Assembly: GCA_964652005.1 (NCBI GenBank)
Contig: CAZYZL010000001.1
Coordinates: forward strand, 1-49,494
Origin: an uncultured Dehalococcoidales bacterium
Lineage (GTDB): Bacteria > Chloroflexota > Dehalococcoidia > Dehalococcoidales > BS750m-G39
Length of the DNA: 49,494 bases
Direction of reading: 5' to 3'
Shown here: one piece after another, positions 49,432-49,494 of the stretch
How positions within the stretch are numbered: position 1 is the stretch's first letter
Layout: the number at the start of each line of letters is the position of its first letter
Program-made: the position numbers and the translations under genes
The notes under the pieces: generated by a model
What the model saw: only the letters and a program-made list of their open reading frames with translations
Told to the model about the DNA's origin: nothing
The model's database searches: none

Positions 49432-49494
49432 TTGGGAAAGAAAAAGCTTGGGTTCATAGTAAACCCTGTCGCCGGAATGGGGGGGCGGGTAGGG
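49432..49494 (+). CDS. 5' end of an ATP-NAD kinase-like / AcoX-like protein (truncated by the window end)
   Basis: From a TTG start the translation is GKKKLGFIVNPVAGMGGRVG, which resembles the N-terminal (I/F)IVNP.AGMGGRVGLKG signature of AcoX-type proteins. Only 21 codons are visible. Confidence 0.4.
   Translation, partial: MGKKKLGFIVNPVAGMGGRVG

Overview
About 49.5 kb of bacterial chromosome. All calls were made by eye from the six-frame track and the raw sequence; no database or HMM search was possible. Taxonomy is a guess: gene content and protein style fit an anaerobic bacterium, possibly Chloroflexota/Dehalococcoidia-like.

Layout:
- 1-20 kb is housekeeping. It holds prfB (with its programmed +1 frameshift visible), nfi, rpsP-KH-rimM, a complete F1Fo ATP synthase operon on the minus strand, ppsA-dgt-dnaG-rpoD, and ffh.
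- 20-29 kb is a minus-strand accessory or catabolic block. It contains a tungsten-type aldehyde:ferredoxin oxidoreductase, an acyl-CoA ligase, alanine dehydrogenase, a class-III aminotransferase and an APC permease, followed by a ThiF-like E1 / MoaD-like (C-terminal GG) pair.
- 30-31.6 kb holds a LuxR-type regulator split by a frameshift at a (TA)n tract, and an IS3 transposase relic.
- 32-41 kb holds serA, then a tandem glycine riboswitch driving gcvT-gcvH-gcvPA-gcvPB-lpdA-lipB-lipA.
- 41-49.5 kb holds an AT-rich citD-citE-citF-like unit, an IS21 IstB relic, and then a second, divergent GcvPA/GcvPB-like pair in an operon with two SDR oxidoreductases and the start of an AcoX/NAD-kinase-like gene.

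Observations most worth follow-up:
1. A modular three-hairpin intergenic repeat family, present in four copies. All four have the same orientation relative to the gene downstream, and two sit between co-directional, closely spaced genes.
2. The orphan P-protein paralogue + SDR cluster.
3. The CitD-like ACP, which appears to lack the prosthetic-group serine.
4. Two extra small genes embedded in the ATP synthase operon.

Most of the window is ordinary housekeeping. I see no CRISPR array, rRNA or tRNA, and no recognisable defence system.
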